DNA of 64,000 nt from Lingula anatina (Eukaryota > Animalia > Brachiopoda). Shown here one piece after another: positions 14,001 through 25,932 of this stretch. Where the stretch lies: positions 1,550,001 through 1,614,000 of the forward strand of contig CM120647.1 of NCBI GenBank assembly GCA_051362555.1. Direction: 5' to 3'. Each line of letters starts with the position of its first letter. Position 1 is the first letter of the stretch. Under the pieces are notes generated by a model. The model was given only the letters and a program-made list of their open reading frames with translations, was not told where the DNA came from and searched no databases. The translations under genes and the position numbers were made by a program.

Positions 14001-15572
14001 ACGTTGAGAAATTTCAATTACATGTGATGAGGCCTTCCAATACATTTTTCATTTAAACAAATTCAAACGCAAAAAATGGTCAGTCATTAATTTTGTTTAC
14101 CAACCTTTCACACGGACACACAAGGTGCAGCCACAGAAAGAATGCGGGTCAGTCCACTGCTACAAGCCAAGATCTACGCCTTGATACAAAGTAGGTCACA
14201 TAATTACGACTAATAGGACATTGCTTAAACAACACCAGGGGCACTTCAGGGGGGTTTCAACATTAATATCTGAGCTTTAATAATACAGGAAGCCATAGGG
14301 AAAACAATTGAGAAAACATAATTACATTTCATTTTTCTTTTTCCATAACTACACAGAGCACAGCAATGTACACCTGATTTTTCCATATAAATTCTTTCAC
14401 TTTCACGTGAAGAAGCTGCAAACGATCACAAAACAAATCAGGAAACAAGAGAGTTATCCACGTCCTCCCACTCAAAAACCCAAGACCCGTGCTATGTCAT
14501 TAACCTAGACATGAAAACCTCACTGTCTCCCTATCTGGGCCCAGTAATTATATAGGCGGAGGTAATGACATAGGACGAGTAGGAGACAGGGGGAAGCTCA
14601 CAAAGGGACACGCTGTCCTCTCTCTCTGCTCCCTAGTTGGTACCAGGAACTATCCTAATATATACAACTCTGTCAGTGTGTCACTTGTTATACTGGGGTG
14701 GTTACCCCGACTGATTCTCTCCTTGGTAATGGACCCTCATTAACAGCACACACACAGAAGTGTTGTGACATGTTATTAATTTAAATACAAAGCATGCTCA
14801 GTGTCACTAGTGTGTCTGATTTTATTGCTGCCTTGGCACATATGCAACAAAACGTGGACTTGAACCTCATTGAAAAGAACAGTATAACTTCACTACCAAA
14901 ACCTGATAACATGTAGGTTGTGCAACGGTTAAAAATTTGAACCAGGAAGAAAAAAATGTATATATTTGAATTTGTGACTCCACCTGAACCGCAAGAAAGT
15001 TTAGCCTTACTTCCTGGTTCGCTGGTCTACCTGTACTATATTTCAGGAAGGTAATCACCCAAGGCAACCGGAGAAAGTGAAAATATGAGAGTAATTTCAA
15101 TCTACATGTGGAGTCAAGAACCTGAGACTGGTCCACAGGGCAGCTACACTCCTTCACTCTGTGCACTTTCATTTAAACACAGATCCATGGCATAACTGAA
15201 GCCAGACTTTCTTACTTCCTTCACTAACTCCATGATTCATACCGTCACAAAAGAGTGCACATGGAATAAAATTAGTAAATTATCTAAGAAAGCTGTACTT
15301 GACCACAGCAACTTACTAGTGTAAAACTTCATGCTAATTCCCATCCTCCAGATTTCTTTCAAATAAAACTTTTTAACAAATCTGAAAGCTGTACATATTA
15401 TAACTGACATAAGGGCGCCCCTGGCCCTATCTCCAATGTTTGCTAAATGAAATACATATTAGACCCCCAGGTATTTGATTGGCTGAGTTGCATGTGTTGT
15501 GCAAGGAAAAACAAACAAACAAACAAAGAAACAAACAAACCAACAAATTGGCCTAAGTGCACTACCACCCAC

Positions 15573-18257
15573 CTCAATTCATCTTGAAACACAAACTTCC
15601 TCAGCTTCAGGTCGCGCAGGACGATCCCGTTTTCGTGGCACCTCTGCACAGCACACACGATTTGAGCAAACAGCTTCTTGGCCTCTCGTTCTTTGAGTTT
15701 ACGTTCATTACGCACGTGTGTGTGCAGGTCACCAAAGTTTTTCTCAAAGAATGCGTAGGCTTTGGTCTCGCCGAGGATGATTTCAGTGATGTGGTTGATG
15801 CAGTCGGCATCGTAGTCCACGCTCCAGTAGGCTCGCAGCTGCTGGCGATACGCATGGATATCATATACCTAGGGACAGGGAGGAAAAAGAAACAAAATGA
15901 AGCTCCACTTTGAACTTTAAATCACTCTGAGTAAAATCAAATGTGCTGTGTGAAGGACATCACAGCATGTTTTATCACTTCTTTGTTTAAAGACAGACAC
16001 AATTGATGAAATACTGCACCTGCTATCAATACAAACTGTGTGCACAAAAAATAATAGAACTGACATTTATGTAATATCTGAAGCACGCGGCTACACCATG
16101 CCTTGACGTAACGCCCCCCCTTCCCCTCAGGGCCTACAATAACAGCGGATATGGCAGTTAAGAAAAACAATGATAAACGGAAATGTCAAAGCTCTTCTCC
16201 ACTAATACAGGCACGAGAGGAAGTGCGGGCAGAAGCCACAACCACCGCCAGCTGACACATGGCCTTATTTATTGATATATTTCATTCCTAATAACAACAT
16301 TATTTGTTTTTATTGAAGCCCTATCCCTTTTTCACGCCAATGCAGGTGCAGAAATAAAAACACTAAATATACAAGCTGAGAGATGACTAGAAAAAATGCA
16401 CATGTTGATAACTGAGGTCATTTTTACATAAAATGCTTCAAATAATTCACTTGGGTGTGACATTACACATCAGCCAAAGGAGATCTGATAAGGTTGACGT
16501 ATCGCATAATGGTACTACATCATTCATGTAACACAGCACTAAAACAGCGTCTACAGGAATTTCTATTCAGCAGCTATAACATGGGGTTGCATTATAGCCA
16601 ACTCATGTGCCAAAAACGTTTGACTATTCTTTTTTTTTTTCAAAGTCTGAAAACAATTCATGTTTGATAATTATTTGGGTTTATTCACCAGAGATCACCA
16701 ATTTGAGAAAAAAATAAACTAAGCCCCCATCCCCTAGCAATAGTCAATGCAGAAAAAAATTGTCAAAGTCTCAAAACAATCCATTTTTGATAATTCTTGA
16801 AACCATGCCCCCCCCCCATCCTTCACTTCCCCATCACAGTCACAAGCCTGAGTCAGACTACATGCGAGCATCAGCGCACGTAGTCACTCCATTCACCTCT
16901 GATGACTCCACATCTTCCTTTGTCTAAACTACAGCCTGGTCTGAACAAACACTGACCAAACCCTTGAAACAAAACACTGACCGCTACATGAAACCCAGCA
17001 TCATCCTTGACCAATGTCCTTTGTCTTAATACAATCCGATTACCATCCTAAATATTAGCAAAGGCTGTGTTATAATGGTCTAATTAGAGATTTGGTACGG
17101 TACTTAGAATAGCAATGACACAAGTTTTCTCTCCCATGTGGGCTGGGAAAAGGTTGCACCTGCCTCACGTCTCATTTAACAGGCATGAAGCATACCAGTT
17201 AATGATTAATTATTGCTCTGGAATTATTTCACACATAGAAATTTATATTTGTGGTTGTTTCGAATGACTTTACCATCCTTTCAAATACTTTTCATATCTT
17301 TACTTTCACAAGCAATTTTTTTACAGGTGGTCAAATTTTTCCTTGGCTTTTTTATGCAATATTTAATTATAGCATCAACTTAGGTCTTGTATTGAACGCA
17401 AATTACCCTTTCGAGAATTAAGTCAACACAGATAAACCAATCATGCCACTCGTAAAAGGGACAAGTTTTTGCATGTCACTGAACACATCTGCTGATGCTA
17501 TGTCGGAAAATTCTAGATCTTTCACGCATATGTGAAATACATAGCACCAGGATTGCATAAGCAAGCACATATGTATGCTCAGCTGAGCTGGGTCAGCTAT
17601 ACCATGACTGGACAAAAATGCTTGGTCCCTCCATGGCTTCACGGGCAAAAACTGACCCAACATGGACTGTTATTTCACAAGATCAGGCATTAATTTCATA
17701 ACCCAAGTTGTGTAATTTTTGCTAAATATTGGAATTTGCCACGTGGTAAAAACCCATGCATAACATTCTTCATAATCAATAAGTATAGTGTATTGATTTT
17801 GAGAACATATTTCGAAACAAGGAAATAATTCATGACATAAGGAATTTCTGTAAATCGGTCACCCACTTTCTTTATCAAAAATATCATTGCCACACAATAT
17901 TTCATTTCTATCCATTTTCTTACTCCCTTAATAATATACAGATCTCCAGCAATAAATGCTTGACATATGAAATAAGGAAATGAGATTTATACAATTCCCA
18001 ATACTTACTTTACAAATAAATTTCTCATGTGTGTGGATATTGACTGCCTGGTACACGTCTTCTCCGTCTAGAGGCTCAGTGAGGATATACTGGCCCAGCC
18101 TGGCCACCTCGTGCTGGGTAGCACAGGGGAACACGGGCGGGCTGTTCGGCTGAAGATCTGGGGTAAGATTCCCCAAGTGGGGTGGAGTTTGTAAGTCCAC
18201 ATTCTTTCGAGCATTTGGAATTATGATCGGCCTTGGCCTTGTGCGTCGCACGCTCAT
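15573..18257 (-). CDS. TRIB2: Tribbles-family pseudokinase (TRIB1/2/3 co-ortholog), 5' partial: coding exons 18009-18257 and 15573-15868; remaining exon(s) lie beyond window start
   Basis: Exon 2 encodes FFEKNFGDLHTHVR...CHENGIVLRDLKLRKFVF, the tribbles-specific LRDLKLRKF catalytic loop. Exon 1 MSVRRTRPRPIII...YQAVNIHTHEKFICK ends at GTAAGT and joins exon 2 in phase 0 after TAG. No SLE/HGCPAYVSPE exon found in 1-15572. Confidence 0.93.
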
Positions 18258-18769
18258 GTGGGAATTTATTTTGTTTATCTCCCCAAATTTCTTCGCTTAC
18301 TCCCGAGGATTATGTTTAAAACTGAGCAAGCTGGTTGTCTCTCTTTTTCACCGCGATCCCTTAAAGTCCGATGTGATGAGTTGAAGTAAAGATAGACGAT
18401 GAGACACTCCTATTAACACAATGACTATTGTCTCTTGCGTTCTTTGTGTCCACCACGTGCGAACCTAAACAACCGCTCAGTCGCTGTTCATAAAGTGGAA
18501 TAAATAACAGAGCTCCCTGATCATGTACTTAAATGACTTATTAATCCAGCATTCTAAACAGGGACGTTCGCGAATACTTTGATGGTAATAAAAACTGCGT
18601 TTCCGAATAAGAGTTGGAAAGCAACAGTACGTGAGACGGTGATCGGCGTTCGGTATAAACGTAGTCCTACGATCCGGTCCGGTCTTGATCCGTAGGAAGG
18701 TCAGCGTTACACATGTGGTGGTAAAATGGAATATTGCTGACTTTAATGAAATAGAGTCACCCCTTTACT

Positions 18770-19550
18770 TTGTATTGCATCCGTCTGATGAAACAAGTAC
18801 GGATTAGTCACCCTTTCTGACACACTGTGCTGGCGGTCACGTTCCTTCAGCTCTGGTTTTCTGGCTTCGTTTGTAGGCAAAGACTCCGACTTCGGGTGCT
18901 CAGAAACGTCGATGGCGATCTGCAAGATGTAACTTAGTGGGAAGGGACTGTACTGTCTCCCCTCCCGGTTTAAAATTCGTATGACGCCACGAACGACGAC
19001 GTTGCCATTGTGAATAAAGGCAACGTGTGATTCACCTTTACTGACCCAACCCGGAACTACGTCATCAGATCAATGCGCTGGAGGGAAATTGCGTGCGCAA
19101 AAATAAATTTAATATCTTAGCAAAATTCATATTTTAGGTAGTTTTTCAACACGTATTTAAAACCCTTGTAATCATAATAATGGTTAAGGGTATAATTGTA
19201 TTTGTTTTTACGGCAATCAATGAATTTTATTGCACTATTTTTTCGAGACAACGGGAGTGAACTAGTAAGTAAACAACATACGTGACGCAAGAGAAATAGT
19301 CCACGTGTAGTAACTGCCTTATATGGAGTAACAAAAATAGAACACTTTTAAAGTTGTCAACAAAATCTGTTTTGCGTCACAAATATTTCTGAAGTCCTGC
19401 AAATATTTTTCAGACAAGGAATGTGGTGATGTTATATCACACCGCATACCCTGCGTCCATTTTTCTAATGTGCACGATTCAGTATTGCTTTGTTTTGAGA
19501 ACAAAGCAAGCGTGGATTTTCCCAATCAATGAAAAAATGACGCAACTTGA
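18770..19550 (-). promoter_or_regulatory. Tribbles promoter region with bZIP motifs
   Basis: CpG-enriched region upstream of the ATG; TGATGAAAC 18786, TACGTCA 19058, TGACGCAA at 19283, 19372 (rc), 19538; GTAAACA 19269. Confidence 0.55.
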
Positions 19551-20046
19551 TTTTCCAACGATCGTTTTCTGGGGATTTTCTCTCTCACACAGAGTCTAGA
19601 CCTTATGACAACGACGAAAAGTTTTCGAAATTTTTTCTAAAAATAGAGAATTTTTTAACTTGCTTTTTATCTTTGGCATACTTGCAGATGTACAGTTTGA
19701 AATCGTTTTTATTTGGCCTTTAGGTCTATATCAGTACTGTTATTGCAAAACATTAAATCAAAAGTGCGAATTACAAAATAATCAAAACATGTCATTTCTT
19801 ATCTGTTTCTCCATCCCAACCCTCCTTTGTTATAAAAATATAGAACGCAAATCGAAAAACATCTGCGTAATTGCATTGCGTTGGAGAAAAATCGCCTGAT
19901 CTCTTTTTGCGCCACCTGCTCAGACAAAAGGCATTTTTCAATTCCTTGCAGGATTATTGGTATTTTCTATCACAAAAAATTTAAAAAGAAATAATAATAA
20001 ATGTAATCCTTGGATATGGCGAAAGAAATGTGCCGCATCCATTGTG

Positions 20047-20087
<41 letters not shown>

Positions 20088-21086
20088 ATTGTTGATGCGC
20101 ATTTTATATGATACCACTTGCGAAGGTTTTTTTTTATTGATTTACCTGCTTAAATAATTAGTTGCCAATTTCAAAATTCCGTCGTTTTAAAGACGCACCC
20201 GAATAAGGCGTTGGTTGATCAAGTTATCGTCTTCAGCTTACTGACACGGAGATACACAAGTACGGAATCCACGGTGACAGCTCTCTTCCTAGATTGCGCC
20301 AGGCATTACACACAGCTCAACTAACACAATATGAATTGTGTTGACCTTGCCAACAAACCTACATGAGAGCAGTCCTTCGAATCAAAGACTGTTCACAACG
20401 AAAAGCTTCTGTATCTCTATTTAAAGCAAAAAGACCTTTTCATGAACAATTTATTTTTCAGTGTTGCCAAATTAACTTGTTCTGTGTATTTGAAAAGGTT
20501 TTGGATGTTAATAAAACTTCATGGAACATCAACCTTATACAATACAATTTGTACATTTTTGTCATTTACTGGCAGTTATGTAATTTGTGTTGTTTCATAC
20601 AATATTGGACCTGCAAGTATCTTTTCAAACTTTATATTTTTCCAAATAGAAATGCTGTAAAAAAGGTAATATAAAATAAACATTTAATAGCAATTTCATT
20701 ATATAATCATTTATTTATAAAAAAAAAATGAAAACTGGAAAGATCAAATGGTCTGTTGAACTTTATTGGGGGGAAACTTGGGGCATTCTAACATTTTTAC
20801 TTTTACATAAAATGTTAACTGTCACATTCTATAGTTCAGATCGATGCAAATATCATGTTTTCCTTTCGGTCGACACAGAAGCAACTATTCAACAAAATGC
20901 CCTCTTCTCCCCATATTTGATACAGTCCTGTTTCAACAAGAACATGCCATTCTTATTAACCAGTGTTTGTCACAGCCATGAAAATATCTCAAGATTTTTG
21001 TCTCTCTCTTGGTTAATACCTGCTTAAGAGAGTTCCTGTTTAAAGAAAATCTGTACAAAGTCTCTGTTGTTGTCTTGATGAAAATG

Positions 21087-24000
21087 TCATCGAGCATCAA
21101 ATACAACCACTGTGATAGCAGTTAAGGAAAACAAAACATTCATAAAACATCTGAGGAGAGATTTTCATTGACAATCAGTTCACTTCAATAATAAATATTC
21201 TCTGAATTTAAAACAAATGTGCGTATTAAGAAAAGGACATTCCTCATATAACCCAAGAGTAATATCAATCAATAGAATAAACTGTAATTTTATGTCCCTT
21301 AAAAAAATTTATCCTGAAATAAATTACCTAAAAGTTGACTAGCATTATACATATATGATTTTGTTTTAAGAACCAGCCCTGTGTCTTTTTAGATGAACTA
21401 GTGCCTAATTATGCAGACTGACATAAAAAAAGTTTGTTTTTTTTTGGTCAAAAAAGGATACTTCTTTTGGTTCTCTTCTTGTACATGATCCTGTATCCAC
21501 ACTCCCGGCAGCGGATGGGGTCCCGCGCGCGGATCTCATTTTCATGATGACATTCTGAAATGGAGAAGATTATTTAAAAGTGAGAGGACACCATCATAAG
21601 CTCTAGGTATAGATAATGTGAAACATGACTGGGGTAGCATTCTCAATTGCCAATCTAGCCAAATCCTAAAACTGACTTTCATCAGGTAAACAAAATAGGG
21701 TTGATTTGACTTGCCCTAGTCGAATAAAAATCATTTGGAGAAAAAAATTGATGAAAAAGAAGTGATATGGCTAAGCAAAAAGCTAGTGCTACTCCAGCAT
21801 GCTATAACACCATGGAAAGATTCCTTATTTTTTTTTAGAAGAGAAATGACGCAAGTGTTCAGCTGTCTGTGTTAATGTTGAATCAATACCTTTTTGATTG
21901 AATCAGCAAGGTACTGAAATTGTTTTGAGGAAATGATATGTCAAGGCAAAATGACACCAAATATTTGTATGTATTTGCCAGTGTTTTAGAAACAAGATTT
22001 ATGGCGCAAATTATGGAATGCTGTATAAAAAGAGAATGAAGTGAATAAATGATTACGTGATTTTTGGAAGTCTACAAAGTGTTTGTGTTCTCGTCTCTTC
22101 TGACATTGTTCTCTTAGTGAGGGAGAGGTTTGCAAAAACAGACAAGACATTTCATGAAAAGTCATATTTGAATTCCGTTTATAGTCACCAAGTGAAGGCA
22201 TTAAAACACTTAATGATAGTGAAATTACTCAGTGCTAGTAGCAAGAATTTTTTCATTTCAAAAAGTGCACTTTTTGCACATGCAAAGATATTTAGATCCC
22301 TGTGCTGTCCCTATAGAGCTTCATTTTGATTAGCATTAAATATAGGGGAGATATAGGTTAAATTTGACATGTGCATTATTACTTATATATCTAAAGAACT
22401 TCCATTAATTTTTTTCTCAGAGAAAAGGTGTGTGTACACAAGACGTTTAACTTTGAAAGGTTTAAAATGCATTTTTTATTCTTCACTATATATGTATATT
22501 TCATATATTATTATCATTATAATTTTTTAGTCAACTTCATAATAAAATGTCTTGTTGCTGGTACTTATGCATAAATCTTTCCCTTTATTACTATAGAGTA
22601 GAAGAGTAAAACTAAATACATATGATAAATTTACACCTATGAGGTAATACAATGCTACTTAATGTCTAATGTAATAAGTAAATAGAGGTACATGTAGTTG
22701 AGATTTATTAAAAATTGCATGAATGTTCTAAAAGAATATATGTCATAACAAATATGATGACTTCCAACTTAGTCTGCTGTTCTGTGCTCTGATCCAGTTT
22801 GCATTATGGATTTGATAATTTCACAATGTAAAACCCATTCTTGTTGATTTCCACCCATAACATGTGTAGACACTATGAGGTCATAATGTTGACTTGAAAA
22901 CCTTTCAAAGGTCATGTGGTGGAACATAATACATTCCAAGATACTTGAACAGTTTGTGTTGGCAAATCTTTTTTCTCCCATACCACAAGAAAGGGTATTT
23001 TCTTCCAGCTTGTTTATGCCATGGTAGGACAAAGAGAGGAAAACCTAAAAGTTAAAAAAATAATAATAATAATAATAACAAAATGGACTATACAGTAGGA
23101 CATTATGAAATAATGCAATGAAATACATTTAATCTGTCACTGTTCTTTATTATATAAATCAACTGTTCGACAGTTACAGTCTGAACTAGTTCAAAGTAAC
23201 TGCCCAATGCTAAAAAAGGGACAGGGCTTGCAAAAAGTTAATATAACACTATTCCACATTTAGACTCCATTTTGCCACAAACTGTAACAACCTTAATAAA
23301 AATTTAAGATACGAAATTTTATAAAAAGAAAAGAAAAATAATCAAGAAGAGTTATCCAGTTTATGACAGGTCTTAAAAACATCTTGCATTATGTTATGGT
23401 TATGATTTTGCAAGAAAAAAATGCTCCCTAAAAAGGTTAAATCTATCATTTATAATATCAAACAGGAATTACATTTTGCATGTTCATTTAATTTTTCTAG
23501 CTCTTCCAAGAGAACACAGTTAAAGATGACATGAATATTATTTATTAATACTGATAGATACAATGTTAAATGTGGTCAATGAAGACATATTGCAAGGGTT
23601 ATACCCAGTACCTCATAAGAGAACATTTAATACATTGGTCAAAGTGCTAAGAAGTTAACTGCTAAATTTTAAGCATCAAAATTTGTTAATAATTTCAAAG
23701 TAATTTATCTAAATTGCAAAAACGTTTGTTTTTTTTTTGTATATTCCATGCTTCTAATCTTGCTTTACTATTTCTATAAATTTCAATTAGTAAAAAGACT
23801 TACCTTAGTTACACTCCACAATCTTTAGGCTGGAGCATAAATTAAAAAACTGGTCGGTAGTACCCTTAATTGATTTCACAGTATACCTCATCGCGGGAAC
23901 TGGCAAGAGCAGATGACACACACATGTCAGGAATATGATTCAGTTGCAGTTGGGAGGAGACAGGAAAGATCAAAGGGCATTTATCTGAGGAACGCTTATT

Positions 24001-24415
24001 ATCTGAGCATGCAATGTTTTTAGAATTGATGACACCTCTAAACTTTGTTTTTTCTTGAGATAAGACCCATGTACTAGTAGGTGCATGCATCCATCAACCC
24101 TAAGACCTTCACACTACACATGGAGACCATGTTTGTGATCTTGATAATGATTTGTACATTAGTATATATATCTTTGTGTTACTTTATTGTTGTGTTTATG
24201 CTTATACTATACTGATAATAATACAATATACCCTAAAGGGTTATAAATTGTAATTGGATTGTCCTGTGTAGCTTAAATTTTGAACTAAAGTAATATTATC
24301 ATATAATTAAATAAAATTATGGAGTTCCTTGACAATGTACAAGACCCCCACCTCCACAAATGTAAATCATGGGCTGCTGTTTCACTGGCTGTGCTGTATC
24401 TGGCTTTTGATCCAT
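21087..24415 (-). CDS. POLR2K: RNA polymerase I/II/III subunit RPABC4 (RPB12); coding exons 24352-24415, 21462-21554, 21087-21109; probable non-coding exon 1 ending at donor 24996
   Basis: Spliced product [59 protein letters not shown], with the CxxC..CxxC zinc ribbon and VFDAR C-terminus of RPB12. Not in ORF track because exons are short. Confidence 0.96.
21110..21461 (-). other. U12-type (minor spliceosome) GT-AG intron in POLR2K
   Basis: 5' splice site GTATCCTTTT; branch point TTTCCTTAAC (21121-21130) about 10 nt before the CAG acceptor, with no polypyrimidine tract between. Confidence 0.93.
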
Positions 24416-24995
24416 CTCTGAAAATATGCAATAAAATATTTAAAATGTCTTTTAATCCCAAGATTCATGTACATGTACAACAAAGACCTATATTTACAAT
24501 AAACATAAGACTTTTACTGTAGACTTTCAACATTTGCTGACTCTTGGTAAGCTGTGAAGCTGTAAAGACAGAATAAGGAGGCAAGCATAAAATTTTGTAA
24601 TTGTTGATATATTATGAACTAGCCGAGGAAGGAAGCCAAGCGCACACTTCAGCCGAATATATTAATCCGATCTCTCTTTCTAACTCACTCATTAACATAA
24701 ATAGTAAATAAGAGTGCTAGACTTGAAAGTTAAAAATCCTGATCTCATTGTCAGTGCTACTACGGGACTGAGAAGCGTTGTCAATGTCAAGACGACGCTT
24801 TATTCTTAAAAACAATTACAGCTACACTAGTGAAATACATTGACAGACAATGATGTCGCGGTTACCTACTACCTAAGTAGTCTTTCTCCACCTTATCAGC
24901 AGATCTTGAAAAAAATTGTTGATAAAATTCATAAAATACAAATCTGGCCATTTTAACAGCAAATTGAGTGGGGGAAACGTCAATTTCTCTCTTAC

Positions 24996-25231
24996 CTCGT
25001 TCGTTTTGCAAACGATGGTAAATTTTGCGTGCTGGCGACGGAACAGACAGACGGAAACATTGGACGAGAATACCGCGAGACTTTGGCAAATGCAGCGATT
25101 TGATTGGTCAACGCATCGAACCAAGCGCGAGAGTTTAAAATTTATCATTTGAAAACTGAACAGTGTTGCAGGAAAATATTCTCCATAAAAGTGATCGCTG
25201 AACTCGGATTGCAGTCTGAAGAATAGGCAAG
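24996..25231. promoter_or_regulatory. Bidirectional promoter POLR2K / FBXO5-43 including short non-coding first exons
   Basis: CpG-rich; minus-strand donor GAG|GTAAGA at 24996 and plus-strand donor AAG|GTGAGA at 25231; ATTGG (CCAAT) 25103; GCGCG-4nt-TTTAAA 25125-25139; TTTGAA 25148. Confidence 0.65.
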
Positions 25232-25932
25232 GTGAGACTTTAACTTTCTATATCATTCATTAATATATCTTTCCATTTTCTCCATTAAAATAGGTAATTT
25301 TTTACTTAAATAACACCAAGCTCCCCGCCTATTAGCCGGGTGTTTTTGTGCAATGGTACGCGAGCCACGTAACATGTAACTAGCTCTTGTATGGTTCAAC
25401 TGGAATCCACTTTATAAATTCAAAAGGTTCTGTTTTGTAGTCCTCTCGTCTGAAGATACGTAAATTTTTGAAAGTATTAAGCTATAGGGACGTAATTTTT
25501 ATGAATCAGGATAAAGTAATTTGTGAAATATTCTAATTGTTTATTATTATTCTTAAAAAATATCAAAAATAAAAGGGAAAAATAGATCTACCTATTAGTT
25601 ATAATCATTTGGAGATTTAATGAGACAAATAACTTAAATTATTTTTTGAAAAGTTGAAAGATAATTAAAAAAAAATTACTTAGCACTTTTTCTGTAACCC
25701 CGCCCCCTCCCTCAATAGTAATAATTATTATGAATTAAATAAATAAATAGAAAATTTATCTTTTTGGAACTTTCAGCTTTTTGTGGGAATGAATGAATTC
25801 ACATAATGAAAGGGTGAGGGGAAAGCATAAAAATAACTGATTATGTTTAAATGAACCACTTGTGCATCTCTTATATTTCAATCAGTGCTTTGATAAGAAC
25901 GTTTTCACCAAACCATAATTTCACATTTCCAG

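Noticed and set aside
14635-14713. Imperfect ~80-nt hairpin, possible pre-miRNA
   Set aside because: Relies on several G-U pairs and bulges, is antisense to the host intron, and I do not recognise a mature miRNA; small-RNA data needed.
19230-20690. Possible divergent lncRNA from the tribbles promoter (donor near 19265, acceptor near 20236, AATAAA near 20674)
   Set aside because: Signals are individually common and no recognisable ORF; unsupported without RNA data.
24862-24951. Short ORF MARFVFYEF... as POLR2K N-terminus or uORF
   Set aside because: Lies downstream of the strong donor at 24996, so likely intronic; the true start is at 24415.
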